DNA of 64,000 bases from Carcharhinus longimanus (lineage: Eukaryota). The stretch spans positions 75,224,067 through 75,288,066 of the forward strand of contig JASCQW010000027.1 of NCBI GenBank assembly GCA_030264375.1, written 5' to 3'. Positions 39,341 to 51,838 of the stretch are shown here, one piece after another. Positions within the stretch are counted from its first letter, which is position 1. Each line of letters opens with the position of its first letter. The notes below the pieces were generated by a model. The model did no database searches. It worked only from the letters and a program-made list of their open reading frames with translations, and was not told the origin of the DNA. Both the position numbers and the translations under genes were made by a program.

Positions 39341-40044
39341 TAGCACGCATAACTTTGGCTGCAAACAAATGCAGTTTGTGTGTCGCATGCATTGGAAGCA
39401 GTGTTGCTCAGGTAATCCCACAATGTATTTCCCACAACTAATTTTAGGGGCCAAGGTTGTTTATTTGGGATTGGAAATGCATTTCAATTCTTGACTAGCC
39501 ACAATTTTTCAGGATTGCCTCCACGTTCCCAACTCTGCAGCATTCTCCCCTGGTCTTTCTGTGCATTGGGAATGCCTAGGGCTGAATCTCCTTCTGGGCT
39601 TGAAAACCTGACCTGCTCACTTTTGCAGCTTACAAGCTACACATCTGACCCGTGTTTGATTGCGCCAGTTTTGTCTTTTCACACTGAAGTTAGGTTTAGC
39701 CTGCGGTTTGCTGGAGCGCATGGGGAGTGTGGGTGTGGAGGCAGGTTGGTTAGAAGTCCTGCCTCTGCCATCACGGTATCCCAGTTCCCAAAAATTTTTA
39801 AAGGCTGCTTAACTTTCACACGTGCTTCCACCCATCCCTGATGCCAGCTCATGCTCCCTTAGATCACTCATGCCTCCCATACATTCTCCATGCTCCCTCA
39901 GATCAATGATATCATCCTATGACTCCTTTCTGCTGCCTATATAACCTCCATAGCCACCCCCCAATATGCACCATATTAATGAAAAAGAGAGACTGTCTAT
40001 GAATGTAACAGACCAGGTGGTTAGATTTTTCAAGTGTAGAGTTT

Positions 40045-40292
40045 TAAGAACATAAGAACATAAGAAATAGGAGCAGGAGTAGGCCATCTAGCCCTTCGAG
40101 CCTGCCCCGCCATTCANNNNNNNNNNNNNNNNNNNNNNNNNNNNNNNNNNNNNNNNNNNNNNNNNNNNNNNNNNNNNNNNNNNNNNNNNNNNNNNNNNNN
40201 NNNNNNNNNNNNNNNNAGCCTGCCCCGCCATTCAATAAGATCATGGCTGATCTGTCGTGGCTCAGTTCCACATTCCCGCCCTCTCCCCATAA
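40045..40292 (-). mobile_element. Young CR1 3' end (gap with duplicated flank)
   Basis: taagaacataagaacataagaaataggagcaggagtaggccatctagcccttcgagcctgccccgcc; reverse complement of the 26080-26151 tail. Confidence 0.88.
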
Positions 40293-41255
40293 TTGTTTTT
40301 CAAATCTGATTTTTTTTTAAATCAGCAAGAAAAATCACAACACAAAAGGTAGCAGCACATGTTGACAGGACCTTTTGTAATAATTTTCATTGTGTTATGG
40401 AACTTTCTCCATTGGGAAAGCACTGTAATCCATCTGACCAAACACAACTTCCTAGTTAGTGTAAGGATCAATTTACCATTAAAGGACAGTTCCTGAGGAT
40501 GAATCACTGCATTTAAACACATGTGCAGTATATTGCAGCACCTAATAGTGACATTTCAGAATGCTGCAGACTCAGCAAGCTGTTCATTTTTTTTCACAAG
40601 CTCTCGTGCTTTGGGCTTCCGCAACCCAGAAAATCCATTTTTTTTTCTTTGTTATCATAGTGGTCCACTGTAGCAACAACAAGTTTATTGTTTAAAAAGT
40701 GTCTTCTGGTCTCAGAATAAATAAATAAGTGCAAATAAATGAACAGTGTGAAAATAAACCTATATAACAATGGATTCTTTCAGATCCATCTTGAAGTATT
40801 TTCTCTAAAGACAATTGTGTGGTTCTAACGTAGCTGATGTTACTGAAAAAACACAACATATTTGTACAAAATGATTCTTGTTGCATCATCTTTTTCTGAA
40901 CCTGTAAACCAATTTAAAGCCACCAAAATCTGTCAGAACAGAAGAACTTTGAGAATGATTGTTTTGGTTATAAGATTGAGGATTTATTTTGAAGAGTTGA
41001 TTTGACTTCATTCACACTCATATCCAGATCTATTTGGGTTACCTCCAATGCTGGCTTCAATTTTATGTCAACTAACAAAGCAACAATCTTATGAATACTG
41101 GGCAACTTGATTGTCATGTAGTGATTACTAAAGTCAAAACCCACTTGTTTAAGAGAGTTTACCTTGTGTATTCAGACAGTGCACATCGAGCTGCAGAGAA
41201 AGTGTGTGTATTTTTAGCAGCTGAATGCCACAGGTGAATTATACTCATTTTGGTC

Positions 41256-42200
41256 GAACAAAGAACAGAATGCACAGGAACAGGTCCTTCTGTCTACCAA
41301 GCCTGCACCAACACATGATGTCTTGAAAAACTAAAGACCTTTTGCTTCCACGCAGTCCACATCCCCCTATCCCTGCCTATTCATTTATCTAGTAAAAAGT
41401 CTGACAACACCAGGTTTAAGTCCAACCGATTTATTTGATAGTACACTCACTAGCTTTCGGGTTAGTNNNNNNNNNNNNNNNNNNNNNNNNNNNNNNNNNN
41501 NNNNNNNNNNNNNNNNNNNNNNNNNNNNNNNNNNNNNNNNNNNNNNNNNNNNNNNNNNNNNNNNNNAATCGGTTGGACTTAAACCTGGTGTTGTCAGACT
41601 TTTTACTGTGTTTACCCCAGTCCAACGCCGGTATATCCACATCATGACTACTATTCATTTATCTGTCAAGATGCCTGTTAAACATTGCCATTGTATTTGC
41701 TTCTACCACCTCCTTTGACAGCGCATTCCAGGCACTTACCACACACACAGTTTAAAAAAAACTTGCCTCACACATCTCCTTTAAACTTCCTCCTTAAACC
41801 TATGTTCCCTTGTAATTGATATTTCTACCCTGGGAAAAAGACTCCGAATATTCATTCTATCCATGCCTCTGATGATTTTGTAAATTTTATCAGGCCGCCC
41901 TCAGCCTCTGATCTTCAAGTGAATACAAGCAAAGTTTGTCCAACTTCTCCTCATAGCTAACACCTTCCAAACCTTTTCTGTACTCCCTCCAAAGTCTAAA
42001 CACCCTTATGATAGTGTGGTGATCAGAACTGTATGCAGTATTCCAAATTTGGCCTCACTAAAGTTCTATACAGTTGCACATGATTTGCTCATTTTTACAT
42101 CTGTGCCCTGAATGATGAAGGCAAGCAATCCATATCTCTTCTTGACCACCATGTCTACTTGTGTTGCCACATTCAGGGAACTGTGGAACTGAATGCCTAG
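41256..42200 (-). mobile_element. HER1/CR1 LINE 3' fragment interrupted by a Penelope-derived insert
   Basis: gaacaaagaacagaatgcacaggaacagg tail; ORF2-like HSSLNVATQVDMVVKKRYGLLAFIIQG. Confidence 0.85.
41391..41650. mobile_element. Penelope-derived inverted element with 14-bp TSD (centre in gap)
   Basis: 41391-41431 is the exact reverse complement of 41567-41607; TSD ctattcatttatct at 41377-41390 and 41651-41664. Confidence 0.85.
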
Positions 42201-44849
42201 TGTATAATGGTTAAATGAAAAGAATGACTTCATTTGACTTACGGCCATTATACTTTAGAATTAATTTTCAGACTTTTCAGTAACGATAAGGAGCTTTGAA
42301 TACCAATATGACAATACAAAATGCCAGTGCACACTGCTCTTGATTTTTCAGTTATTCCTCCAAAAGGTTGGAAAATCGAGTACCATGAGGCAAAATTTCT
42401 AATTGCTAGTAAGACTTCTCCCTGAACGCACAATGCCAGAAAATGAATACTTTCAGCCAAATAGCTGGGTGTTTGCATTCCATTCTGAGGAAGGTCTGAA
42501 CTAAGTGTCAAACTACACAAAAGCTGTGCAAATGTCATACTTCAACACTGTGAAATTTGGAGTAAAGATGATCTTTCGTCTGCCCAAGCTATTTGCACAC
42601 ACACTAATAATGCATGCAAGGATTGAATCCAAACGTTATTGACCTCAGTGAAATGTAGCAGCAAAAAAATGCAAATTATTGCACATTGAATTTGCAGCAT
42701 TCTGTTGTTCAATACTGCAGGTTATGTGCAACTACACTGTGGTAAAGGAGATGATGTTTCAGGTCAAAGTTAGGCACCATCTGAATCAGCATCTGAGGCC
42801 TGATGTGATAAATGCAGAATTTTTCCCACTCCCTATTGACAAAAAAAACTTCAACACGGAATAAATTCACCATTGATCTATTTGGCTGTGAGAGTTGAAC
42901 ACGTGCAAAATGTATTGATGTCATTTAACACTTCAAAACGAATTGTATTTCACTCATGCTTTGAAAATCTCTCTCAACACAGAGGTTCCTTTCTTTGGAA
43001 TTGTGGGAAGACATGTAAATTTTCAGCCTTGTTGCTAGGGTTTCTTTAAAGGACATTACAGTGAACCCATTGCTAAAGGATTTGTTTAACACCTTGAAGT
43101 AGCAATGTATTCAATGTAGTTAATTGGAATTTATCAAACTAATAAGCATGTAATCATTGCAAAAGTTTTGCAAAAATGCTCTCTGATATAATTTTTTTGT
43201 TCATTTTTTCTTTGGTTGTAATATTTTGTCAAATATTAATTTCCATATGTTATTAAATGTGGCCTTTTCTCATTGTGTGCAGTAAAGGGTTTTTGATAAG
43301 CATGCAAAATGTAACCATTATGTACCTTTGTGGAACTGTCAGAGAGTAATGTCAATGTCTGATGGTGTTGTAACCTTGTATTTTTTTAATTGTAGAAAAT
43401 TTTTATTGACCATGAAATTATTCAGACCATTGTTGAAACGAAGAAAATAGGAGAAGAGTAGGCCATTTGGCCCCTAAAGCCTGCTCTGTCATTCATTATG
43501 ATCATTCATCATTATGCCTGTAGTTACAACTGGATTGTGCCCTGTGGTATCCTCCAGCCCCACCAGACCTTGCAGGGTTAGTGGGAGATCAGTCAAACAC
43601 TTTGGATACCTCAATAATACCTATCTGCCCATACCTGCTTGAACCCTATGCCATGATTCTCTAATTCCAGTCACGGTCATACTGATTCTTTGCACAATTG
43701 GGCTTATTGATGATTGTTTTTAAAAAAAAATCAGATCCCACTCATGGATATCCACTCTCTCAGCATATTGTGAACATTATAAGTCAAGATCCTGTCTGAG
43801 ACAAAGGAATGTGAACAACTAGCTTAGGGAGACCATGCCATGCCTTTTCGTGACCATTGCTATGTAAGGGGCAGACAAAGATTTTGTCCCTTTTATAAGG
43901 CACTCCAAACAATCTGGCAAAAATCAAATACAATGGGTCTCCAGTCTTCCTGAGGCCTCCAGTGGGGCCTCCACTGATCTCTGCCTGAGGAATCTGCGGG
44001 ACAGTGTATCTCGTTACCGCAATGGCCCCCTTCCAAAATGTAGGCAGAAGTACGTCCATGCACAATGCATTTATTTATTATTGCTAGATTTGTGAACTTT
44101 CAGGCTGTCATGCAATTATATTCTACTTGTGTGACTTTACATAGCTAATTACTGTTGTCTTGCTGTCATTTATAGGAAATTGTTAATTTTTTTTAAGATT
44201 TGAAGAAACTCCTTAGCAAACAAATATGAAACGAAGCCTAACAGCATGTTTATTAAAAAAACAGTATTTAATGAATGATAAGCCATCAGAAACATGTGTG
44301 AAATGTAAAATAGATGTAGTTTTATTAAGATATTGTGGAATGGAAGTGATAGATAACAGTTGGTCCTTTCAAGGACTATATTAAAGTAATTTCATCTAAT
44401 CTAGAACCAGTTTGCCCACATAGCAACTATGATTGTCTTGGAAAATAATTATTGTGAAATGCTTCTGAGTGATTGGGTGCCATACAATTACAAATCTTTT
44501 TCAGGTTGTAATTTGTTCGTGTGCACGTACAACGATTGACTAGAAATGCTGGGTTTCTTTCATTGCTACTTTCCATTAATCACCTTTTGAAGAGTTATAC
44601 TTTTAAAGATATGCACAAAGTTTAATCAACACCACAAACAAAATTTAATTACATTGTACAAAGTGGTAAATGGTAATGGAGAATAATTGAAAAATGTTCA
44701 CTTTGATAAAGCTGCCACAAGCATTGGTTGTTTACAAGCCATCAAAGCAGCCACAGTTTATCCATCCAACTGAAAATGACCATTTCCCTATCAGCAGTTC
44801 AAAGTTCAGTAGAAGGCATGGATTTATATTCTGTCCAATTGTGAAAGAT

Positions 44850-45213
44850 AATGGGGCCGCTTTTTAAGTCCTGCAGCCTAGCCAGTGATTGGCATGTCTG
44901 GGAGGATCAGCGGGGAGGCTCAGGCAGTTTTAATGGCCAGGTCTCATTGACCTGCTGTGAGCCAACTTCCCAAAACAAAGCAGATGAGAAGCGGCTACTC
45001 GGCCGTTAATATCAGGCAGTAGGAAACTGCTGTTGGGAACCAGAGGAAATGGTTCCTGGTATGAAGGTAAGTGGTCAGGAGGGGATCAAAATTAAGAAAT
45101 GGGAGCATTGCAGGGGAGGCCCACATTTTCCTTGTAGGGCCCAGAGGAGCAATCCTGCTTCACCTGGGGTGCAAGGAAACAACAAAAATTTAAAAACAAC
45201 TTCACCATCCTGG
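44850..45213. mobile_element. Harbinger/MITE-like non-autonomous repeat, continuing after about 46339
   Basis: ggggccgcttttt...tttaatggccaggtctcattgacctgc...ggagcaatcctgcttc resembles shark MITE interiors. Confidence 0.4.
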
Positions 45214-46338
45214 TGTAAGGACCAAATCAGAAGGTCCAATGTATTTTATGAAGTTAGTCCAGTCCCTAAATTTTACGTTTTGATTTTGGCTTTAGGGTGA
45301 GCATAAGGCGTTTCACTCCAAGAATAGAACAAAGAAAATTACAGCGCAGGAACAGGCCCTACAGCCCTCCAAGACTATGCTGCCTGACTGAACTAAAACC
45401 CCCTACCCTTCCAGGGCCTATATCCCTCTCTTCCCATCCTATTCATGTATTTGTCCGGACGCCCCTTAAAACTCACTATCGTATCTGCTTCCACTACTTC
45501 CCTTGGCAGCAAGTTCCAGGCACCCATCACCTTCTGTGTAAAAAAAAAACTTGCCTCGTACATCTCCTTTAAACCTTGCCCCTCGCTCCTTAAACCTATG
45601 CCCCCTAATAATTGACTCTTCCACCCTGGTTCAAGTGACCCATTAGGAGGCTTTTATTAAAACAAACTTTATTGAAGTACAGAATTAGAATATAATGAAA
45701 AGAATTACTGTAACTTCTTCCAATTTAAATACTTAAACATGACAAAGTATAATTTTTAACAGCTAGCTATCTCTACTGTTTCAATTTAGCAGTAGCCCCT
45801 ATAGACATAAAACCCTGCTTTAGGACCACTTAGCACAGAAACAGAAGATGTTTACATAGGTAGTGCATTTCCAGCCTTTTGACAATCTGGACAGTGATCT
45901 AGTTGGACATTTGTCTTCTAATTCTCATGCAGCAACCTCCAGAGAAAGTTTCACCCCCAAAAAGGTTTATTTCTTGGAAGATTCCAGTCTCCAGACCTCA
46001 GTGAGGGAAGAAGAGAGGCCACTTCTTCTTCTCCCATAAAGCAGACTGACCTTGAGTTCTTTGTGTAGGCCTACCTGTACCAGTCATATGATCTTACTTG
46101 TCAACTTAATGGAGCACTACTCTGCAATATCCTAGGAAAAAAACAAATCAACAGAACACTGCATTAGTGCAGATTAAACAAACATTGGAGTAATTAAGAT
46201 CAATTATGTTGCTGCAGTAACAATACCATGCTTCTGGATCCAGACAAAATGGCTCACATAAAATGGAAGGGACTAGTAAATGTATTCAGCACAGAAACAT
46301 GAGTAAAATACATTTCTTAAAGGCTTGGTATTGTCGCA
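45214..46338. mobile_element. Probable solo LTR containing a HER1 insertion
   Basis: TGTAAGGACC...TTGTCGCA termini; tttatt (AATAAA on minus) near 45647 and 45668; flanks cctgg/gttgg match only partly. Confidence 0.55.
45326..45628 (-). mobile_element. HER1/CR1 LINE 3' end
   Basis: Closely similar to 22047-22360 (gactgaacta..ccccctaccctt...ccccttaaaactcactatcgtatctg). Confidence 0.9.
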
Positions 46339-47194
46339 GTTGGCCTCTTCTGGTCCAGAATCTGTTACCTACAAAGTTTGCCTTGTGGGTAGCCATCATG
46401 TAGCTTGTTATTGATTCAAGGAGATATCTTAGAGTGATATCTTCAAGCTTAATCTGCATATTTGAAAAAGGAAGCTGGCTTCAGGCAGATAGCCTTGGTG
46501 TTTGCAGTTTAAAATTTCCATTCACCAGATCAGAGTGAGAAGCCAGCTGGTGTACTTCATATTTCTTTTTAACTGCCCTTCCACTGAGAGTCTGCCAGGA
46601 GAGAAGAGTTAGAACTCTGCCCAAAGTTTGGTGCTTGCCTGAACTGTGTTTCTAACGGGGGAAAGCAGTATGATAAATAATTCACAGTAACTTAATTGCA
46701 GTGTTAATGTAAGCCTACTTGTGATATCAATAAATAAATTTTACACTTATTCCTATTCTTTAAAAGCATAGAAGATTTAGTATATATAAATGTAATGCTA
46801 TTCAGTAAAAAAGTTAAAATTCTACAAAGAGCAACAGGGAAGCCCAATACACTTTGTAACTGAGAAAAATCTACTTATTAAGCTACAATATGTTTCACCT
46901 GAATGAAATCAACTTTTTACTTCAAGATTTTGAAAGCTGAATTCTTGAACCAGTTTGGAATATTTAATATTGGAATGATGTTTAAAATTGCAGGTTCTTA
47001 AAACTATCATCTCTTAAACAGGTGCCACCAAAGTATGACACCTCTTCCACCAACCCCTGTTTGAGTCTTTCTAATTTGGTTTCCAACAAACACATGGTGT
47101 CAAGACAGTTCCACTCAAAAGTCAGTAGGACTATCTCCACTTCACTGTATTCCTGTTGGCCTCGCCACCCAACCAACATGTTGACAGATTCCAC

Positions 47195-47520
47195 AGAATC
47201 ACAGAAAAATCACCAGAATCCCTACAGTGCGGAAGGAGGCCATTTGGCTCATCAAGTCTGCACCGATAACAATCCACCCTATTCCCATAATCCCACTTAT
47301 TTACCCTGCTAGTTTCCCTTGACACTAATTTAGCATGGCCATCAACCTAACCCACACATTTGTTTTGGACTGTGGAAGTAAGCCGGAACACCTGGAGGAA
47401 ACCCACGCAGACATGGGAGAATGTGCGAACTCCACACAGACAGTGACCCGAGGCCAGAATTGAACCTGGGTCACTGGCATATGAGGCAATAGTGCCAACC
47501 ACTGTGCCACCATGCTTCCC
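47195..47520 (-). mobile_element. HE1-like V-SINE with HER1-type tail
   Basis: agaatccctacagtgcggaaggaggccatttgg...ggaggaaacccacgcagac...gaattgaacctgggtc...actgtgccaccatgc. Confidence 0.92.
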
Positions 47521-47566
47521 TTAAATCCCATTTTCCTGGGATTTAAGGGCAGCATGGTGGCACAGT
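47501..47566. repeat. 30-bp inverted repeat, 1 mismatch, 6-nt loop
   Basis: actgtgccaccatgcttcccttaaatccca-ttttcc-tgggatttaagggcagcatggtggcacagt. Confidence 0.95.
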
Positions 47567-48794
47567 CATAGTCCACCTCCTAGTCACCATGCTGTCCCCA
47601 TATCCGTACCAACCCAATCAGTACATCTCTTCAAAGGGTTTCTCTTGCCTTATATGTGCAATCATTTTTTGTGTGCCTTAAGCTTCCATCTTTTGTCCCT
47701 CTCATTTTTGGTTGGCAAAACATGGACGTAGCTACAGCTGACACCATCCAAATATCCAGCAGAACCATTGATTTCGTACACTGAGTGCAATGTTAAACTA
47801 TCTGTCTGATATCAAGTCCTGGATCAGGATTATCTTCCAGCAGCTCAGTGTTGAAAAAACTGAAACCTGTTTAAATTTCTTTGGTAACTTATCAACTCTG
47901 CTTATTCCCTAAAAACGAAATCCAGTGGTACGCAACATTGGGTTTCTCTTTAATGATGAGTGGAACTTTTTAATTCCATGTTTGACCATCACCATCACCA
48001 TGATGTCTTTGTTTCACATATGTCTATAACACAGTACCCCCACTGATGAACGCTTACTCCACATCATCATCGTCTTGAAGACTTAGTTCTTAGGTGCACT
48101 ACACACTGACTTTTAGCTTCATTCTTTGGACGGATGTTCTCAATACAAAGATGCAGGTACCCTCAGATTAACTGTACTGAATCGGTGTTTTCTGGCTGAT
48201 TAACTTTAAGCTCCTTTTCTAGCTGTGTAATATTTTCCAGTCATATTTGCCAACCAGCCTCGTTTATTCTTCAAATTCTTGTCTGCTGCTTATTGCTTAA
48301 TTTTCCACTACCACTACCCTTTGGAACCCTCTTTCGAAACCATTTTCCATTGCTACCCCTCTCCCTATCTTCAAAAAATTGTAAAGACATAGACATCATA
48401 GTATTCTTCACCCACCCCGGTTTCCAATTCTTTATTCCTTCTAGGTGTCCACTTGCCCTTTAAATTCTCTCTCAAATTGTCTTTTATTTATTGGATACAA
48501 TATAATACACTTTGTGTAGGAGAGATATACCAACAGTTTACAATATTACTTCAGTGATGAATGCTCACAAATCAACCTTGATGGAAAAATGTTCATATTG
48601 TGGAAGAAATTTTGTTAGAATCAACAAATTGCCAAAAGAGTTTAATCAAAGATAAACTAAACTGTCCATTACAGTAAGTAATAAAAATGGCAAATAAAAG
48701 ATTTTTGCCCTGCTGATCATTCTAATAACCTGCTACATCCTTGTTTATTAAAAAAAAATCATATGGTTGTCTGTACCTTGTTTTTATGATACAG

Positions 48795-48872
48795 AATGAT
48801 GAGCAGCCAGAGAAAAATAGAAACAAGGAGAAAAGACGAGGCAGGCCAGGGAGAAAACGCAAGCAAACAATG
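48795..48872 (+). CDS. DNMT3A: Internal coding exon, probable DNA (cytosine-5)-methyltransferase 3A long-isoform N-terminal exon (homolog of human exon 3)
   Basis: Acceptor ccttgtttttatgatacag|AAT and donor ATG|gtaagc; 78 nt, open, phase 0/0. Peptide NDEQPEKNRNKEKRRGRPGRKRKQTM resembles human DNMT3A DGEEQEEPRGKEE...RKVGRPGRKRKHPP, recalled as an exon that also ends in phase 0 three codons after RKRK. No other exon of the gene was identified in the window. Confidence 0.75.
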
Positions 48873-51379
48873 GTAAGCACAGATCCTGTTGTTAAATGTC
48901 CCATGATTTTCAAATGCAGTGAGTCCTCTGGTTGCTGGTAGGGATGTACTAATGGAATGTCAACATTCTTATAAGAGTATGAATTGATTGGCTTCCTTTA
49001 TTTTCTATAACTGCTCCCAAGTTTTTTTTAACAATCCTTCCTAGNNNNNNNNNNCGACTGTTTTACATTTAGCTCTTCTTTCACCATGCAAACCAATTAT
49101 TGGTTGCCTGACTGTCTCAGCTAGGCACCAATGCACAGAATTTGAGAGATCGTCCCATATGGCCCCAGGAAGCTTTTCTTTCCCAGATTCAAGTTTTTTA
49201 TTAAGATGTTAGCTTTGTTTCTCTCATTCTTTCCAGTTTTTCTCATTAGGTCCAATCTACTTTCAGCATGCTGGTGCTGAAAGGCCAGTGTAATGTCCAA
49301 TGTTTTATTTAATCTAAACCCAAAAGAAGCATCAACATCAGAGTTGTTGATCTCAACATCAACATCAACTCATTGTACTTCATGCAGCAAAACCCAATTT
49401 TTTAAAAATACATGTACAGCTTTGTTACACATGGCACACACAGAAAACCTATCTGTCCTTTCCAAGTTATCCATTCCAGACACCAGCAAGTCAATTTACT
49501 AATGAATATGGCTCTAATTTAACAATAATTACTGCAGAATTAGAATTTGTGAAATTATTCTGTTAGGCACCTAGTTGATACTATCCAAATATTTTTCATT
49601 TGAGGTTACTGCACATTGGGAAGGTGTTTCAATTGAGTTAAACACAATTCCAAAGATTTTCATCTCATTATTTATTTGCATAATTTTGTGTTATAATAAT
49701 ATTTTACAGACATAAACATATCACTATTTCATGTATTAGGAGAGACATTTAATAGTATCATTATTATTTAGGATTGAAAATGCTACCTTTTGAAATCATC
49801 ATAGTCATATGGCTAATCTTCAGTATATAGTTAGAGTCACAAAAGCAGTTGACAGTACTCACCTCTTGTCATTATTGTCCAAATGTGTGTTGAGTCAACC
49901 TTCTTCTGGACTGTTCTGCACATTTATGAAAATGTTGAATTATTCTGAAAGTTAACTTAATGCATTTATTCTTGCCAAGTTCTAATTACTGATATGCCCA
50001 GAGATAGCAGGACCCTTCTTATGTATTAGTCTTTGCATCCAAATAGATGATTTGGCTGACATCTCAACATTATTACCTAAATATTATAGTTAAAAGCAGA
50101 AGGCTGCATATCTGAAACTTGCTGTCTGTTAGACTTTGCCAATCGCACTTAATAGTGCATTGGAGTTGGCTTTAAAGAGTGTATGTACATATATACTTAA
50201 TGCGATATAAATTTAATTTACTTTCTAAATAGCTTCCCAGAATTATGTCAGTAAATACATCATTGTTTTCGCAATGATGGGAAGGGCAGCTTGCTTTGCG
50301 TTGTGCTTTGCTTTACATTGTGCCAGCAGTCACATATGTACTAAGTTTGAGATTCTTGGATCTCCTATATAAGATATCTAGAGAAGAAAAAGAGAATACT
50401 TGAGCAAAAGATCAAAAACAAGAGGGCTAAAACATCAAACTCATTTCAAACTCAAAACAGCTTTGAGCTTTATGCAGAAGCTACTGCGTGACTTGCTAAG
50501 AGTTTCGAGCACTGCTTTAAGGTGTTTCAGATTCTTCCTCTTCTCATGTTGGCCAGGTTGTTAGTAACTTGGAATAGTTTTGTGTATGTTTATTCAGGTT
50601 ATTTATCTGGTGAGGTAGAAACTGTAGCCATCCTTCTGTAAAAGCTAACATGCATAATTTATCTAGGATTATCTTCCAGACTCTCATGGAATGATTCAAC
50701 CAACTGCATCTTATAGTCAAATACAGATTTATGATAGCCATACTATTTTGTGTTATGAGTTGGCTCAACCTTTTGATTTATTAAATCAAACTGTAAAACA
50801 GTTTTGATATTGGAAAATAGTACCCTTTTTTGTTAGGAACCAAATATTGAGTTGATCAGCATTGCCTAGCAGCAACATTAGCGAAGATGACACTCAACTG
50901 GAATATACTCAGTAAATCAATAGCATTTGGCTAAGTAGGCAATGTCTGTTGCTTCAGTAACTTGCTTTATCAGTTTGCGGGATTTAAATACAAAAATGTG
51001 ATTAGGATTAATGCATCAAATCCTATAAATATCTCATAATTATGAAAATATATTCATTATTACGGAAAAATAATAAGGACATTTTTAAATGTCCATATTT
51101 TCTAAGAGTGTGGTAAAGTTGAGGTCAACTAATAAAAGGTTGAACTGGGGAGAAAACAGAAGAGAAACAGCAGGTTGGGAATTCAGAGAATTATAAATGA
51201 CTCCAATTTAGGCTGGCAATCTATAGTTGCCTCCTTTGATGAATGTTTTAGATCAGTACTGTATAAACATATTCATGAAATAAACGTACTTACATTCATA
51301 GTAAACTTTGGACAGGAAAAGACTGCTCTAATGACCCTGTCCCAAACAGTCAATATTCAGTTTTCTTGTGCTGAAGAAA

Positions 51380-51740
51380 GTGCCAAATGTTTGAACTTTT
51401 TATTGATATCTATACTCTATCACTTATGTTATCCTTCTGATGAGTTCTTCTGAACCTTTGGTTTAATGTATTTCCTGTAATTTTGGTGTCCAAAACTAGA
51501 TGCATTACTCCAGCAGTGGCCTCACCAATCTCTCTCAGAAATTCAGTATTATTTGTTTTTAATGTACCGGGTATAAAATCCAGCCTCACTTGTTATTTAG
51601 TGGGCTTTTCTACCTGCACTGCACTCCCACCTCCTCCCTGAAAGATCTTTTTCCATCCTTCACCTTTTAGGGCATGCTTTCACTTTTTTCTCCCTAACGA
51701 AACTACTTCACATTCCTTGTATCCAACTTGCCATCTCTAA
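51380..51740 (-). mobile_element. Decayed CR1 fragment
   Basis: ttttggtgtccaaaactagatgcattactccagcagtggcctcacc is the reverse complement of a VRPxLEY..FWxP-like motif. Confidence 0.6.
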
Positions 51741-51745
51741 TCCTT

Positions 51746-51838
51746 CCCATTCATTGATCCCTAAACCCACCTATTCATTGATCCCTAAACCTACCCATTC
51801 ACTGATCTCTCTAAACTTGCCCATTCACTGATCTCTCT
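51746..51838. repeat. Minisatellite, about 24-26 bp x 4
   Basis: cccattcattgatccctaaaccca / cctattcattgatccctaaaccta / cccattcactgatctctctaaacttg / cccattcactgatctctct. Confidence 0.85.

Noticed and set aside
43157-43173. Palindrome ttgcaaaagttttgcaa
   Set aside because: Short and AT-rich; expected by chance in this composition.
45050-45075. Strong donor AAG|gtaagt as a host exon end
   Set aside because: It lies within a MITE-like repeat with no convincing acceptor or homologous peptide.
51746-51838. Repeat array as a CRISPR-like locus
   Set aside because: The units are contiguous with no unique spacers and there are no cas genes; it is an ordinary minisatellite.
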